This document shows positions 30,653 to 40,160 of a stretch of 41,579 bases of DNA, piece by piece. The position numbers and the translations under genes were made by a program. The DNA is from Bacteroidia bacterium. Its GTDB lineage: Bacteria > Bacteroidota > Bacteroidia > NS11-12g > UBA955. The first letter of the stretch is position 1; every line of letters starts with the position of its first letter. The DNA lies in NCBI GenBank assembly GCA_044371405.1, contig JBILTS010000003.1, forward strand, positions 1-41,579, written 5' to 3'. The notes beneath the pieces are model-generated. The model worked only from the letters and a program-made list of their open reading frames with translations. It did no database searches and was not told the origin of the DNA.

Positions 30653-33600
30653 GGAAACGATCCACCTGCCTTTGGGTTGCGGGTTTTACGTAAAAATCAT
30701 CTACTTTGAGTTTATCGGCCGTATTTACCAATATCTCATTTAACTTCACATCGCTACTTAGAATATTTGCCACCGTTTTGGTCAGGTTGATGTATATCCA
30801 TTCGTTGCCACCAAAATCAAAGTAGATGTACATGTTTTCACCACCACGCTTATGCTCCAACAACATGGTGGTTTTAATATCCTTATTGATGGGTGTACCG
30901 GCAAATGAAGCCACACTTACATTGTCATTACAATACATCCCCCTGAATTTACTATCCCATCGGAAAGTAGCATCGCTAAGAATCAGCTTGTATTCTGCTT
31001 CGTCTTTTCCGCTCACTTCTCCATTCTTCTCTATGTTTTTAATGATGTTTCTGGCAGTTTTATCCTCTGCCACCATTTCGCCGATGGCATTTTTAAAGAA
31101 GTCTGTGTTGATATTTACAGAACCTCCGCTGCTGGTTTGAAACATTTCTTTCAATCGTGCTACAAAATCCTTGTGCAAAGGAAAATCAAGCATCATGGCA
31201 AGGTTGAACACAAAACTGCTGTCGCCTTCTTTCAGGTCTGCTGTACCCGCATTTTTAAACTTTATATTGGTTCCTTCCAGTCCAAAATCCAGCGGACCTT
31301 CGGCGTGCACCGTATGGTTTTTCTCGTTCAGCTGAATGAAACTGCCCTTGAGACCGTCGTTAAGGAGTTTTTCTTTGCTGCCGGCAAAAAAGCTCTGTTT
31401 TTCATGATCATAATAGAAAATACCGGTATCGTTGGTCACATCAGGATCGCTGTAGCGGCGTTTCCAGCTGAAGAACAGGGGATATACATGGCTACTGTCA
31501 TTGGCGACAAAAAGACCTACATACTGCTTTTTGTTATCCTTATCACGCGGATCCTGCACGTTGATAATTACATTTTTGGGATCAACGCGGTCGCTGTAGC
31601 GCAGCCAGGCAGAGGGCAGAATATTTTTGAAAGTATGCAGGGGTTTGACGTATCCCGTAAACTGAAGATTCTGCTCTGTACTTAAAATTTGTGCGAAACC
31701 TTTGTAGCCGATCTTGGTATCGAGTGTGAAATTTTGTGATTCATCAATTCTGCCCCAACCTTCAATATTCTTATCGCGGTTAACAATGATGCTGTCGAGG
31801 AAAAACTCTTGTCTTTTGCCCAGTTTATTAACGTACTGGTATAAACCGGATCCACGCATCTTGTTTTTACCATAAATCTTGAGGCGGCTTCGATAAATTT
31901 CATGATACTTGTCAATACGATTGGCAAACAGCCGTGCGCTGTCAACAATGTCCATATCGCCATTTTCGCGGATTGTAACCTTCCCATCTTTCAGTACAAC
32001 ACGGCTATCAGCAATATCGATGAATGGAATTTGCTGCACATTCAAGGTATAATCTTTCAGGTTATAAATGCCCCGAACACCGGCAAACTTTAAGCTATCC
32101 TGGGTGGGGTTGGTACTCATCCAAAGCGGCTGTTTACCTGCCATGGCGGCATTCATTCTTGCCTCTATGGTTTTGCCATTCATATCCCAGCGATAATCGT
32201 TAAGGTTAGTGACATAACTATTGTAGGGGAAGCGCGTTTCAGAGCCCGCTTTATTCGTTGTAAATGACCCTATCCGGGTATCAAAATCCATGGTACCGCG
32301 TATATCTTTAGTCTCAAAAGCCACTTTTGTGCTGTCTGCTCCATATATGGTAAGGTTGGCTTTTTCTGCGGATGTTTTATTGGGTGCAAACAACATCTCA
32401 TCGCTGCTGAATCTGGCTTCAGGCCAAGCCAAAGTTCCATTACCTGTAACTTTAGATGGTTTTTGGGTAATGGTTCCGGTGAAATCGTATTCTGATTTAA
32501 ATACCTTAATGGGTGTGGCTCCATTGGTGATATTAAATTTATCATGATAGGGTATCCATTCCATCTCAGCGTTAGATGCATATACTTGCGGATAAATAGC
32601 ACTCTGGGGCAAATCATAGGAATCCACGGTGCCTTTGGCTGTTTTGGGCAGTAATAAAATGCGTTGAAATTTAGTGGTTGAACCGCTGTAGGCAATATTT
32701 CCCTGTTCGCCATAAAAACCGCGTTCGCTGAGGTTCATCACCATCTCTCCGGTGCCTTTTCCTCTATACATGCTGTAACCACCCGGTGGGGTTGGCGTAA
32801 CAAATCCAAGGGAATAGTCCGGCTGAATGTATACATAATGTCTGAATTCCGGAAAAATACCATCACTTTTAAACAGGCCATCAAACCGCAAACCTGCAAT
32901 GGTAAAGTTATCAAGACTATCAATGGTAAACGGATCTATCACAAACTTAAAAGTTTCAGCTTTGTATTGTCCGCCATGGATTGATGGTTTATCATATAAT
33001 ACTTCAGAACCTTTCAGGGCTTTGAAAATTGGGTATTCGGGGTAGTTGACAAGGCCGGATTTGTTGTTTGGTTTGTCGATATAAAGGGTTCCATTTATGT
33101 TGCGCAGCACGCTTTTGATGGGTATGAGTGAACGCCCGGTACTATCAGGAAAATATAACCTGAGACTATCAATAATATCGGATCTTACCAGAAAATTCCC
33201 GTAATCAAATTCAAATTTCTTTCCAAAAAAGTCAAATCGACCTGCACGAACCATACCGCCAAAGCGGATACGCCGATTTTTGAGCAGGGTAACCTGTTGT
33301 TCGTATGGCACCACAACTACGTTTTGCGAGTCGGAGAAGAAAAACTTTTGTACCCCCTCCACATTCATTTCATTGCTCAGCAAATTAAGGGTTAGGTTAC
33401 TGCGTTTTGAGATTAGGGAAGAAAGTCGGATTACATCATAATCGCGGTTTTTTTCATGGCTTTGAACCCACCGAAAAAGTTTGGTACGAAACATGGCGGA
33501 GTCCTGATCTGGGAAATAGGTAATGAAACCGGCATCGTGCCATTCTATGAAAGGTGCTCTGAGGTGCTCGGGCTGCATTTTGCAGAATTCTGCATAATCT

Positions 33601-35150
33601 GACAGGGCGAATTTCATGCGTCTTTCAGCGGTATAGTAGGAACGGGTTTCTTTTTTCCGGGCCTGCAGGGCTTTCAGTTTTTGGTCAATAAGTGGTTTAT
33701 CTTCGGGCTTGTTTTTGCTAATAAGTGCTTTAAGTTCTTTTTCCATGGCACGTGCCACAGGATCATCGGGTTGTCTGTTATAAAAAGCGTAAAGACTTTC
33801 CATTGGATTAAAGCTAAGGGGGCCCTGAATTCGGGCATAGAGCATTTCCTTGTAGAAATCGGCACTGGCTATTTTGGCATCCTGGTCATTATTGATGTTG
33901 TCAAAATCGATGAATGGTTCTTCGAGTTTCCATCGTATTTGCTGGGCATCGATATCTACTTTATGGTAATCATCATAAAACGGAGCGCGCATTAAACCTT
34001 CAGTTCCGCGGTTAATGACCAGTTTGTTTTCTTCAAACTGAAAATTCACTTCAACGGCAGGGTGGGTAATAACAGTGCTATCCACATATATGGTCATGGA
34101 TGCCCTTCGGCTGGCTGCGGCCCCATTTGAAATTTTAAATGTTTTACTTTTCAGGGTAATCCTTTTTTGATTTTTATAAAGGATGTTGATTATGGTTTCT
34201 TCACCATTGGCTGTCTGTGTATTGATGTCGCTGCCAATCATACTAAAACCACCGCGCAGAGAGGCGTTTGGGCCAACAATTCCAAAAATCTGCAGACTGT
34301 TTTCAAAACTTGAAAATCTTGGCCAGGGAGATTTTTTTACTGTTAAAGAATCCGGAGAAAAGCTGATTTTATCCTGAAACCGACCTTTAACTCCTTCTGT
34401 GAAGTAGCCGGCATATTGTAAAACGCAAGTATCAATTTTGTAATCAGACTCTTCAAGATTGATTGTAAACTTATTCCAGCTTACCTGAACATCATCATCG
34501 GGGAGAACCCTTTCAAATGTGGCCTCACCGGAGAGACCTTTCCATAATTTCTTTTCGGGGTAAAACGTTCCGGCCGTATTATAGATGGCCATTTTATCCA
34601 AGGGACCATGACAAGAAAGGGTGGTAGGTGGGAATTTTACCACAATCTCTCCTTTCTCAAACATCAAATCAAAATCACATGAATCAACAGCCCATCTTTT
34701 ATTATTATCCAAAAACAAGGTGCCATTTCTAAACAGGCCTGTTGTCATTTTAAGAAATTCTACATAATTGGCACTTCCGGAACTTATTAGTTTTCTGGAG
34801 GCCTGTTGCCATTGCTGCAGCACTTTCTCGGGTAGTTTTTTCTCCAGACAGGCAGTTATGGACTGAATCAAATAATCGAAATGCGGTTGAACAGGCATTC
34901 TTTCAGAAACCATATCGCTGCAAATAGCCATGATACTTTTCTGTTGTTCAGGACTAAATTTACCCATCACCCAGCTTTCGCGAAAAATAGCAAAACGCTG
35001 ATTTAAATCTTTGTTAGATGCGGATGCTATGTGTGTTTCGAGTTCTTTAATGAAAACGTCCGGCTCAGGACTAAAACTTCTGATTTGCGCACCGACAGGA
35101 ACAGAAGCAAGCAACATCCATGTTAAGCAAAGGATGAATTTTGAACGCAT
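30630..35150 (-). CDS. Large (~1500 aa) secreted, beta-rich hypothetical protein
   Basis: 4.5-kb uninterrupted ORF. Signal peptide MRSKFILCLTWMLLASVPVGA-Q (alternative ATG at 35180). No family recognised. Confidence 0.88.
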   Translation of the reverse strand: MRSKFILCLTWMLLASVPVGAQIRSFSPEPDVFIKELETHIASASNKDLNQRFAIFRESWVMGKFSPEQQKSIMAICSDMVSERMPVQPHFDYLIQSITACLEKKLPEKVLQQWQQASRKLISSGSANYVEFLKMTTGLFRNGTLFLDNNKRWAVDSCDFDLMFEKGEIVVKFPPTTLSCHGPLDKMAIYNTAGTFYPEKKLWKGLSGEATFERVLPDDDVQVSWNKFTINLEESDYKIDTCVLQYAGYFTEGVKGRFQDKISFSPDSLTVKKSPWPRFSSFENSLQIFGIVGPNASLRGGFSMIGSDINTQTANGEETIINILYKNQKRITLKSKTFKISNGAAASRRASMTIYVDSTVITHPAVEVNFQFEENKLVINRGTEGLMRAPFYDDYHKVDIDAQQIRWKLEEPFIDFDNINNDQDAKIASADFYKEMLYARIQGPLSFNPMESLYAFYNRQPDDPVARAMEKELKALISKNKPEDKPLIDQKLKALQARKKETRSYYTAERRMKFALSDYAEFCKMQPEHLRAPFIEWHDAGFITYFPDQDSAMFRTKLFRWVQSHEKNRDYDVIRLSSLISKRSNLTLNLLSNEMNVEGVQKFFFSDSQNVVVVPYEQQVTLLKNRRIRFGGMVRAGRFDFFGKKFEFDYGNFLVRSDIIDSLRLYFPDSTGRSLIPIKSVLRNINGTLYIDKPNNKSGLVNYPEYPIFKALKGSEVLYDKPSIHGGQYKAETFKFVIDPFTIDSLDNFTIAGLRFDGLFKSDGIFPEFRHYVYIQPDYSLGFVTPTPPGGYSMYRGKGTGEMVMNLSERGFYGEQGNIAYSGSTTKFQRILLLPKTAKGTVDSYDLPQSAIYPQVYASNAEMEWIPYHDKFNITNGATPIKVFKSEYDFTGTITQKPSKVTGNGTLAWPEARFSSDEMLFAPNKTSAEKANLTIYGADSTKVAFETKDIRGTMDFDTRIGSFTTNKAGSETRFPYNSYVTNLNDYRWDMNGKTIEARMNAAMAGKQPLWMSTNPTQDSLKFAGVRGIYNLKDYTLNVQQIPFIDIADSRVVLKDGKVTIRENGDMDIVDSARLFANRIDKYHEIYRSRLKIYGKNKMRGSGLYQYVNKLGKRQEFFLDSIIVNRDKNIEGWGRIDESQNFTLDTKIGYKGFAQILSTEQNLQFTGYVKPLHTFKNILPSAWLRYSDRVDPKNVIINVQDPRDKDNKKQYVGLFVANDSSHVYPLFFSWKRRYSDPDVTNDTGIFYYDHEKQSFFAGSKEKLLNDGLKGSFIQLNEKNHTVHAEGPLDFGLEGTNIKFKNAGTADLKEGDSSFVFNLAMMLDFPLHKDFVARLKEMFQTSSGGSVNINTDFFKNAIGEMVAEDKTARNIIKNIEKNGEVSGKDEAEYKLILSDATFRWDSKFRGMYCNDNVSVASFAGTPINKDIKTTMLLEHKRGGENMYIYFDFGGNEWIYINLTKTVANILSSDVKLNEILVNTADKLKVDDFYVKPATQRQVDRFLKRLGAE

Positions 35151-35236
35151 TTGTAAAAAGTAACGAAAAAACCTGTTCATTATTTATACAAAGAACAGGA
35201 AAAACCGTGCCGAAAACGATAAGGGGCTGCAGTTAA

Positions 35237-35998
35237 TTATCCCACAGCTTTGATTATGTCCGCAAAATCACGCGCTTTCAGTGCCGCACCACCAATCAAG
35301 CCACCGTCTATATCGGCCTGAGCCATAAGGCCTGCGGCATTATCGGGCTTCATGCTTCCACCATACAAAATGGAAGTGGTTTCAGCAATTTCCTCGGTGT
35401 AATGCATTCCAATTACCTTACGGATATAATTGTGCATTTCCTGTGCCTGTTCGGGGGAAGCAGTTAGGCCTGTTCCTATTGCCCAAACGGGCTCATAGGC
35501 AATAACAACGCTGGTAAATTCTTTTCTGTCAAGTGCAAACAAACCTTCCTGCAGTTGGGTTTCGACTACTTTAAAGAAAATTTTCTCTTCTCTCTCTTTT
35601 AGGGTTTCACCCACGCAGAAAATCACCTTAAGTCCATGCCTAATTGCAGCTTTGGTCTTTTTGAAAAGTAATTCGCCAGTTTCGCCAAAATATTGTCTTC
35701 TTTCACTGTGACCAATAATTACATATTGTGCACCGGTGCTTTTTACCATGAGTGGACTGATTTCACCCGTGAAAGCTCCGTTGTCTTCATAATGGCAATT
35801 TTGAGCACCCAGTGATATACCGGTACCTTCCAACAGCCGGGCAGCAGAAGCCAGGGATGTGAAAGGCGGACATAAAACAACCTGTGATTTACCGGTGTGT
35901 TCATCTCGCACGATACCGCGGATTTCCGTAACCAGTGCCTGCCCTTCTTCAAGGGTTTTGTTCATTTTCCAGTTTCCTGCAATTATTTTGGTTCTCAT
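35237..35998 (-). CDS. tpiA: Triosephosphate isomerase
   Basis: IAGNWKMN, GAFTGE, IGHSERR, AYEPVWAIGTG, YGGS. Start set at MRTKII. Confidence 0.99.
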   Translation of the reverse strand: MRTKIIAGNWKMNKTLEEGQALVTEIRGIVRDEHTGKSQVVLCPPFTSLASAARLLEGTGISLGAQNCHYEDNGAFTGEISPLMVKSTGAQYVIIGHSERRQYFGETGELLFKKTKAAIRHGLKVIFCVGETLKEREEKIFFKVVETQLQEGLFALDRKEFTSVVIAYEPVWAIGTGLTASPEQAQEMHNYIRKVIGMHYTEEIAETTSILYGGSMKPDNAAGLMAQADIDGGLIGGAALKARDFADIIKAVG

Positions 35999-36090
35999 TG
36001 CGGCTGCAAAGTTCATCAATTAAGGCGAAAAACAGAAATACATTTGCTGAATAATTCATAAGCAAAAATCTTATTTTTGTTACAATTGAA

Positions 36091-36777
36091 TTAAATTACA
36101 GACCCCAGGATGGCTGTTACCCAACTCATTGCCAGGCGAAACTGATCTTCTCTGTTTAAATTTGAGTTATCCAGCAGTTTATAATCTTCGGTCATGGTAA
36201 GTGGACTATCGCTTCTGCTGCTGTCAATCTGATCACGTTGTTTCAAGTTGGCCAAAACCTCGTCATAGGTGGTTTTAGTTCCATTTTCCAAAAGTTCATT
36301 AAACCGTCTGTGGGCTCGAACCTCGGGGGTTGCAGTCATAAATATTTTTAATTCCGCATCCGGAAAAACAACTGTGCCAATATCTCTTCCGTCCATAACA
36401 ACCCCTTTTTCTGCACCCATTTTTTGCTGAAGTGCGACTAGGAAACGCCTAACCTCCGATATTTTTGCTACCTGACTAACAGATTCAGCTACTGTCATGG
36501 ATCTAATTTCCTTTTCTACGTTTTCTCCATTCAGCCAAACATCGCTTCTGCCGGTTTCCTGATTAATCATAAAATCCAGGCTGATTTCGGGTAATGCAGT
36601 GGCAACGGCGGTAACATTATGGGTAGGAATACCTGCTCTTAGCATGTGCAAAGTCACTGCACGATACATAGCACCGCTGTCGATGAATTTATAGCCCAAT
36701 TCGGCAGCAAGCTGCTTGGCCAGCGTGCCTTTCCCACAGCTGCTGTGTCCGTCGATGGCAATGTTGATCCGTTTCAA
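36091..36777 (-). CDS. cmk: Cytidylate kinase
   Basis: IAIDGHSSCGKGT, IDSGAMYRA, VMDGRDIGTVVFPDA. TTG start 4 nt after the porQ stop. Confidence 0.97.
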   Translation of the reverse strand: MKRINIAIDGHSSCGKGTLAKQLAAELGYKFIDSGAMYRAVTLHMLRAGIPTHNVTAVATALPEISLDFMINQETGRSDVWLNGENVEKEIRSMTVAESVSQVAKISEVRRFLVALQQKMGAEKGVVMDGRDIGTVVFPDAELKIFMTATPEVRAHRRFNELLENGTKTTYDEVLANLKQRDQIDSSRSDSPLTMTEDYKLLDNSNLNREDQFRLAMSWVTAILGSVI

Positions 36778-36781
36778 AATT

Positions 36782-37819
36782 CTACTTTCTGACCTTAAAA
36801 TCGGATGGAGCCGCACTAAACGTAAACAAATTGGCATTGAAGCCCGGGAAATACGCCATGCTGGCATAGGTTATCTGAATTCTGCTGATTCGAAACTGTA
36901 GACCCCAGCTATAACCGGTAACACCCGGCCTTGCGTCCGGGGCCATTTCCTTACGACGCTGATGGTTGTAGCCCAACAAAATACCAAAATTTTTCCCCAA
37001 TAACAATTCTGTTCCAAAGGTAAAATGCCTCAGCACTTTATCTCCCAGCGGGGCCTCCCTTGCTGCTTCCGGCTGCCCACTGAGGTTAATTGCGCTACTC
37101 TTCAAAAACTGGCTGTAGGTCATATCCGGTTTTTGCAGATTATGGGCAGTAACATTGAAGCGGAAAGGCATGTGACGCGGTTTGAAATTCACCCCAATTT
37201 CGGCTGATAATGGTAGCGGCTCGCGAACGCCAGGCGTGTAGGCGAGCAGCTGAAAACCTGCGTTTCTCATTACTGCAGCAGCCGTAAACAAACTATCGCG
37301 GCTACGCCAAACCAGGCCAGCATCGAAGGCAGCACCGGTAGAAATAAAAGGTCCTAAAATACTGTACACAAATTTCACATTGGCTCCGGCATACAAGCCA
37401 GGTTTTATTTGCCTAGCATAACCTGCAGTTACTGAGGTTTCATTCGCAGGAATCTTACCTTCTGCGTTTCCGCCCTCATCATAGGCATCCATCTGGCCAT
37501 AATCCATAAATGAAACCTGTACACCACCTGTTCCTTTTTTTATATTTTTAGCAAAAGTTGCACTACCGGTCCAAACACCTTTTAAATGGGTATTGAAATT
37601 GAGGGCACTCCGCAGGTGCATTTGATCGTTTAGCAAAGCCGGATTGTGAGCAAACAGTGTTACGTCCCTTTCAAGGAAAGCATTGCAGTAACCGCCCCAT
37701 GCTGCCTGACGTGCACCCACCGGCTGCATCAGAACACGGTATACCCCGTTTCCTCCCAGCTGCGCCCTACCCGGGCCAATGCAAAACAGCACAGCAATTA
37801 TGGTAACAAATCCACGCAT
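36782..37819 (-). CDS. porQ: Type IX secretion system beta-barrel protein PorQ
   Basis: Signal peptide, ARQAAWGG, NPALL, HMPFRF, LGYNHQRRKE. porQ-cmk adjacency is usual in Bacteroidota. Start at ATG 37819. Confidence 0.88.
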   Translation of the reverse strand: MRGFVTIIAVLFCIGPGRAQLGGNGVYRVLMQPVGARQAAWGGYCNAFLERDVTLFAHNPALLNDQMHLRSALNFNTHLKGVWTGSATFAKNIKKGTGGVQVSFMDYGQMDAYDEGGNAEGKIPANETSVTAGYARQIKPGLYAGANVKFVYSILGPFISTGAAFDAGLVWRSRDSLFTAAAVMRNAGFQLLAYTPGVREPLPLSAEIGVNFKPRHMPFRFNVTAHNLQKPDMTYSQFLKSSAINLSGQPEAAREAPLGDKVLRHFTFGTELLLGKNFGILLGYNHQRRKEMAPDARPGVTGYSWGLQFRISRIQITYASMAYFPGFNANLFTFSAAPSDFKVRK

Positions 37820-37827
37820 GTTTACCG

Positions 37828-37835
37828 CAAAGGTA
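37828..37835 (-). promoter_or_regulatory. -7 promoter box (TACCTTTG) for porQ-cmk
   Basis: Exact TAnnTTTG match, 8 nt before the ATG. Confidence 0.7.
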
Positions 37836-37921
37836 TCACAGGAGTGGTGGAAAATACCACTACGGTTGTGAACAATATAAAATTTTACGAAAGCGTGTTT
37901 TGGCCGAAATTTGCAGCACAT

Positions 37922-38854
37922 ATGCAGGTATACCACAACCTTGATGACATTCCGCAGTTTAGTGGCCTGGTGCTTACCCAGGGCACGTTTGATGGTGTTC
38001 ATCTCGGCCACATAAAGGTGCTGGAAAACGTGGTACAGGAAGCGCAACAATCCGAATTAGAGAGCATGTTGCTGACATTCTTCCCGCACCCCCGGCTGGT
38101 GTTATACCCCAATGATAACCCCCTCAGAATGTTAAGCAGTCTGGATGAAAAAATCCGGCAGGTGGAAGCCTGTGGTATAGATCACATGCTGATTTTGCCC
38201 TTTACATCTGCAGTTGCTTCCCTGAGCCCGCTTGATTTTGTGCGGGGCGTGCTGGTTAACAAGCTGAACGTATCCACCATGATTGTGGGTTATGACCATA
38301 GATTTGGTAAAAACCGCGAAGGCAGTTTTGCAGATTTAATGCAGTATGGAGAAATGTTGGATTTCAGGGTTAAAGAGATACCCGCCGGAGAGATTGACCA
38401 TATAGCGGTATCAAGCACCCGCATCAGAAAAGCGCTTCTTTCAGGCGATCTTGCACAGGCAAATCAGTTATTGGGGCGACCTTACACCCTGTCAGGAAAG
38501 GTGGTACACGGAAGAAAACTGGGGCGAACCCTAGGTTTTCCGACCGCCAATATGGAAATTGAAGATCCCTACAAACTCATCCCGGCAACGGGTGTTTACG
38601 CCGTCAGGGCCCACCTACCTTCGGGCATTTACGGCGGGGCTATGAATGTAGGCTTCAACCCCAGTATCCCGGGAAAAGGGTTTAGCATTGAAGCCCATTT
38701 ATTTGGATTTTCCGAAGAAATTTACGAAATTGCAATCCGCTTTGAGATGATTGCTTATCTCAGACAGGAATACTCATTTGATAATCTTGAAGCACTCACT
38801 AAACAAATCGCGCAGGACTGTGAAGACGCCAAAATGGCACTCGCTGCTGTTTAA
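37922..38854 (+). CDS. ribF: Bifunctional riboflavin kinase / FAD synthetase
   Basis: GTFDGVHLGH, TFFPHP, GYDHRFG, VSSTRIR, GRTLGFPTAN, IEAHL. Start at MQVYH. Confidence 0.97.
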   Translation: MQVYHNLDDIPQFSGLVLTQGTFDGVHLGHIKVLENVVQEAQQSELESMLLTFFPHPRLVLYPNDNPLRMLSSLDEKIRQVEACGIDHMLILPFTSAVASLSPLDFVRGVLVNKLNVSTMIVGYDHRFGKNREGSFADLMQYGEMLDFRVKEIPAGEIDHIAVSSTRIRKALLSGDLAQANQLLGRPYTLSGKVVHGRKLGRTLGFPTANMEIEDPYKLIPATGVYAVRAHLPSGIYGGAMNVGFNPSIPGKGFSIEAHLFGFSEEIYEIAIRFEMIAYLRQEYSFDNLEALTKQIAQDCEDAKMALAAV

Positions 38855-39620
38855 AGTTTGTTTTTTACTGGGGTTAATACTGCTTAGCAATCATCTTCAT
38901 GCTTTACCGGCAGGCATCCTAAACTACCACGATTCTGATGGCTACAGCACACCTCAAATGGCAGCTCCCGCTATCATCCCCGGTATTTCACCCATATTTG
39001 ATCTTTATGCTTACTGGGATACTACGAATGTAGATCCATACAAGTTCAACTTTGATTCGATTGCTGGTGCACTTCAGTTGCAGGTGCTGGAAGCCGACTG
39101 TGGGTTTGCACTTCCCGTAATTGGCACCATGACTTCCCCGTTTGGATGGCGCTGGGGCCAAGTTCATGCAGGCATTGATATTAGTCTTCGCACGGGTGAT
39201 ACCATTGTAAGTGCTTTTGATGGTGTGGTACGAATGAGTCGCTGGTACCATGGTTACGGCAACTGCGTTGTGGTAAGGCATCATAACGGGCTCGAAACCT
39301 TGTATGGACATCTGAGTCAGCGCCTGGTAAATCCGGGTGATCTGGTTAATGCCGGGCAAATCATCGGTCTGGGCGGCAGCACCGGCTACAGCACAGGACC
39401 TCACCTGCATTTTGAAACGCGCATTCTGGGTAAACCCTTTAATCCCGAATCACTCATCGACTTTAAGAAAGACAGTTTACTGCAAGATACCATGAGTTTC
39501 ACTACCAGTAGCTTTGCTTTGCCTACCTCACCTGTGTACCGCTCTTACTATCGCAGAGGATACAGGGGGTATTACAAAAAATCATACAGAAGAGGTTCCG
39601 GATACCGAAGGAGAAGGTAA
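38820..39620 (+). CDS. M23 family metallopeptidase with Tyr/Arg-rich tail
   Basis: TSPFGWR, HAGID (HxxxD), YGHL, STGPHLHFE (HxH). Signal peptide after the GTG at 38820; start uncertain. Confidence 0.92.
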   Translation: MKTPKWHSLLFKVCFLLGLILLSNHLHALPAGILNYHDSDGYSTPQMAAPAIIPGISPIFDLYAYWDTTNVDPYKFNFDSIAGALQLQVLEADCGFALPVIGTMTSPFGWRWGQVHAGIDISLRTGDTIVSAFDGVVRMSRWYHGYGNCVVVRHHNGLETLYGHLSQRLVNPGDLVNAGQIIGLGGSTGYSTGPHLHFETRILGKPFNPESLIDFKKDSLLQDTMSFTTSSFALPTSPVYRSYYRRGYRGYYKKSYRRGSGYRRRR

Positions 39621-39626
39621 AACTGA

Positions 39627-40127
39627 TTACAGTATCACCAGATTCAGACCAGAATTTACTTCTATTTGAATGCCGCGAACGCCGGCACCCTGTGCTGCCA
39701 GCACATCGCGCTCTCTATCTCCAATCATAACACAGTTTTCGGGTTTCAGATTAAAACGATGCAGGGCTTTTTCAACCATCAAACTGCCCGGTTTCCGACA
39801 AAGGCACTTACCGGATATTTCAGGATGGTGAACACAGTAGTAAAAGGCATCGATGGCAAAACCTTGAAGATTGCACAAGCCCTGCAAATACTGGTGCATG
39901 GCAATGACAGTATTTTCCTCGTATAGATCTTTATCAAGTCCACCCTGATTGGTTATTACAACCAAACCATACCCCTCCTGAAACCATTTTTTGAGCGTTT
40001 CAATGGTACCAGGCAGCACATCAAATTCATCCAGAGAGGTAGTATAGTTACCCGGATCATGGTTAATTACACCATCTCTGTCGAGAAAAACGGCTTTTTC
40101 AAAGTGTCGGGATGAAGATTGCTGCAT
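39627..40127 (-). CDS. HAD-IIIA phosphatase (GmhB / histidinol-phosphatase-like)
   Basis: FLDRDGVIN, ITNQGG, CVHHP...CLCRKPG, MIGD...D. Start at ATG 40127. Confidence 0.92.
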   Translation of the reverse strand: MQQSSSRHFEKAVFLDRDGVINHDPGNYTTSLDEFDVLPGTIETLKKWFQEGYGLVVITNQGGLDKDLYEENTVIAMHQYLQGLCNLQGFAIDAFYYCVHHPEISGKCLCRKPGSLMVEKALHRFNLKPENCVMIGDRERDVLAAQGAGVRGIQIEVNSGLNLVIL

Positions 40128-40144
40128 TTGGTTGCAAAATAACG

Positions 40145-40152
40145 TAATTTCG
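40145..40152 (+). promoter_or_regulatory. -7 promoter variant (TAATTTCG) for the glycosyltransferase gene
   Basis: One mismatch to TAnnTTTG, 8 nt before the GTG start. Confidence 0.5.
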
Positions 40153-40160
40153 CAGCAATC

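Noticed and set aside
36063-36079. CAAAAAT-CTT-ATTTTTG inverted repeat between cmk and tpiA, containing a plus-strand TATTTTTG
   Set aside because: The stem is AT-rich and weak. I cannot distinguish terminator, operator or antisense promoter from chance.
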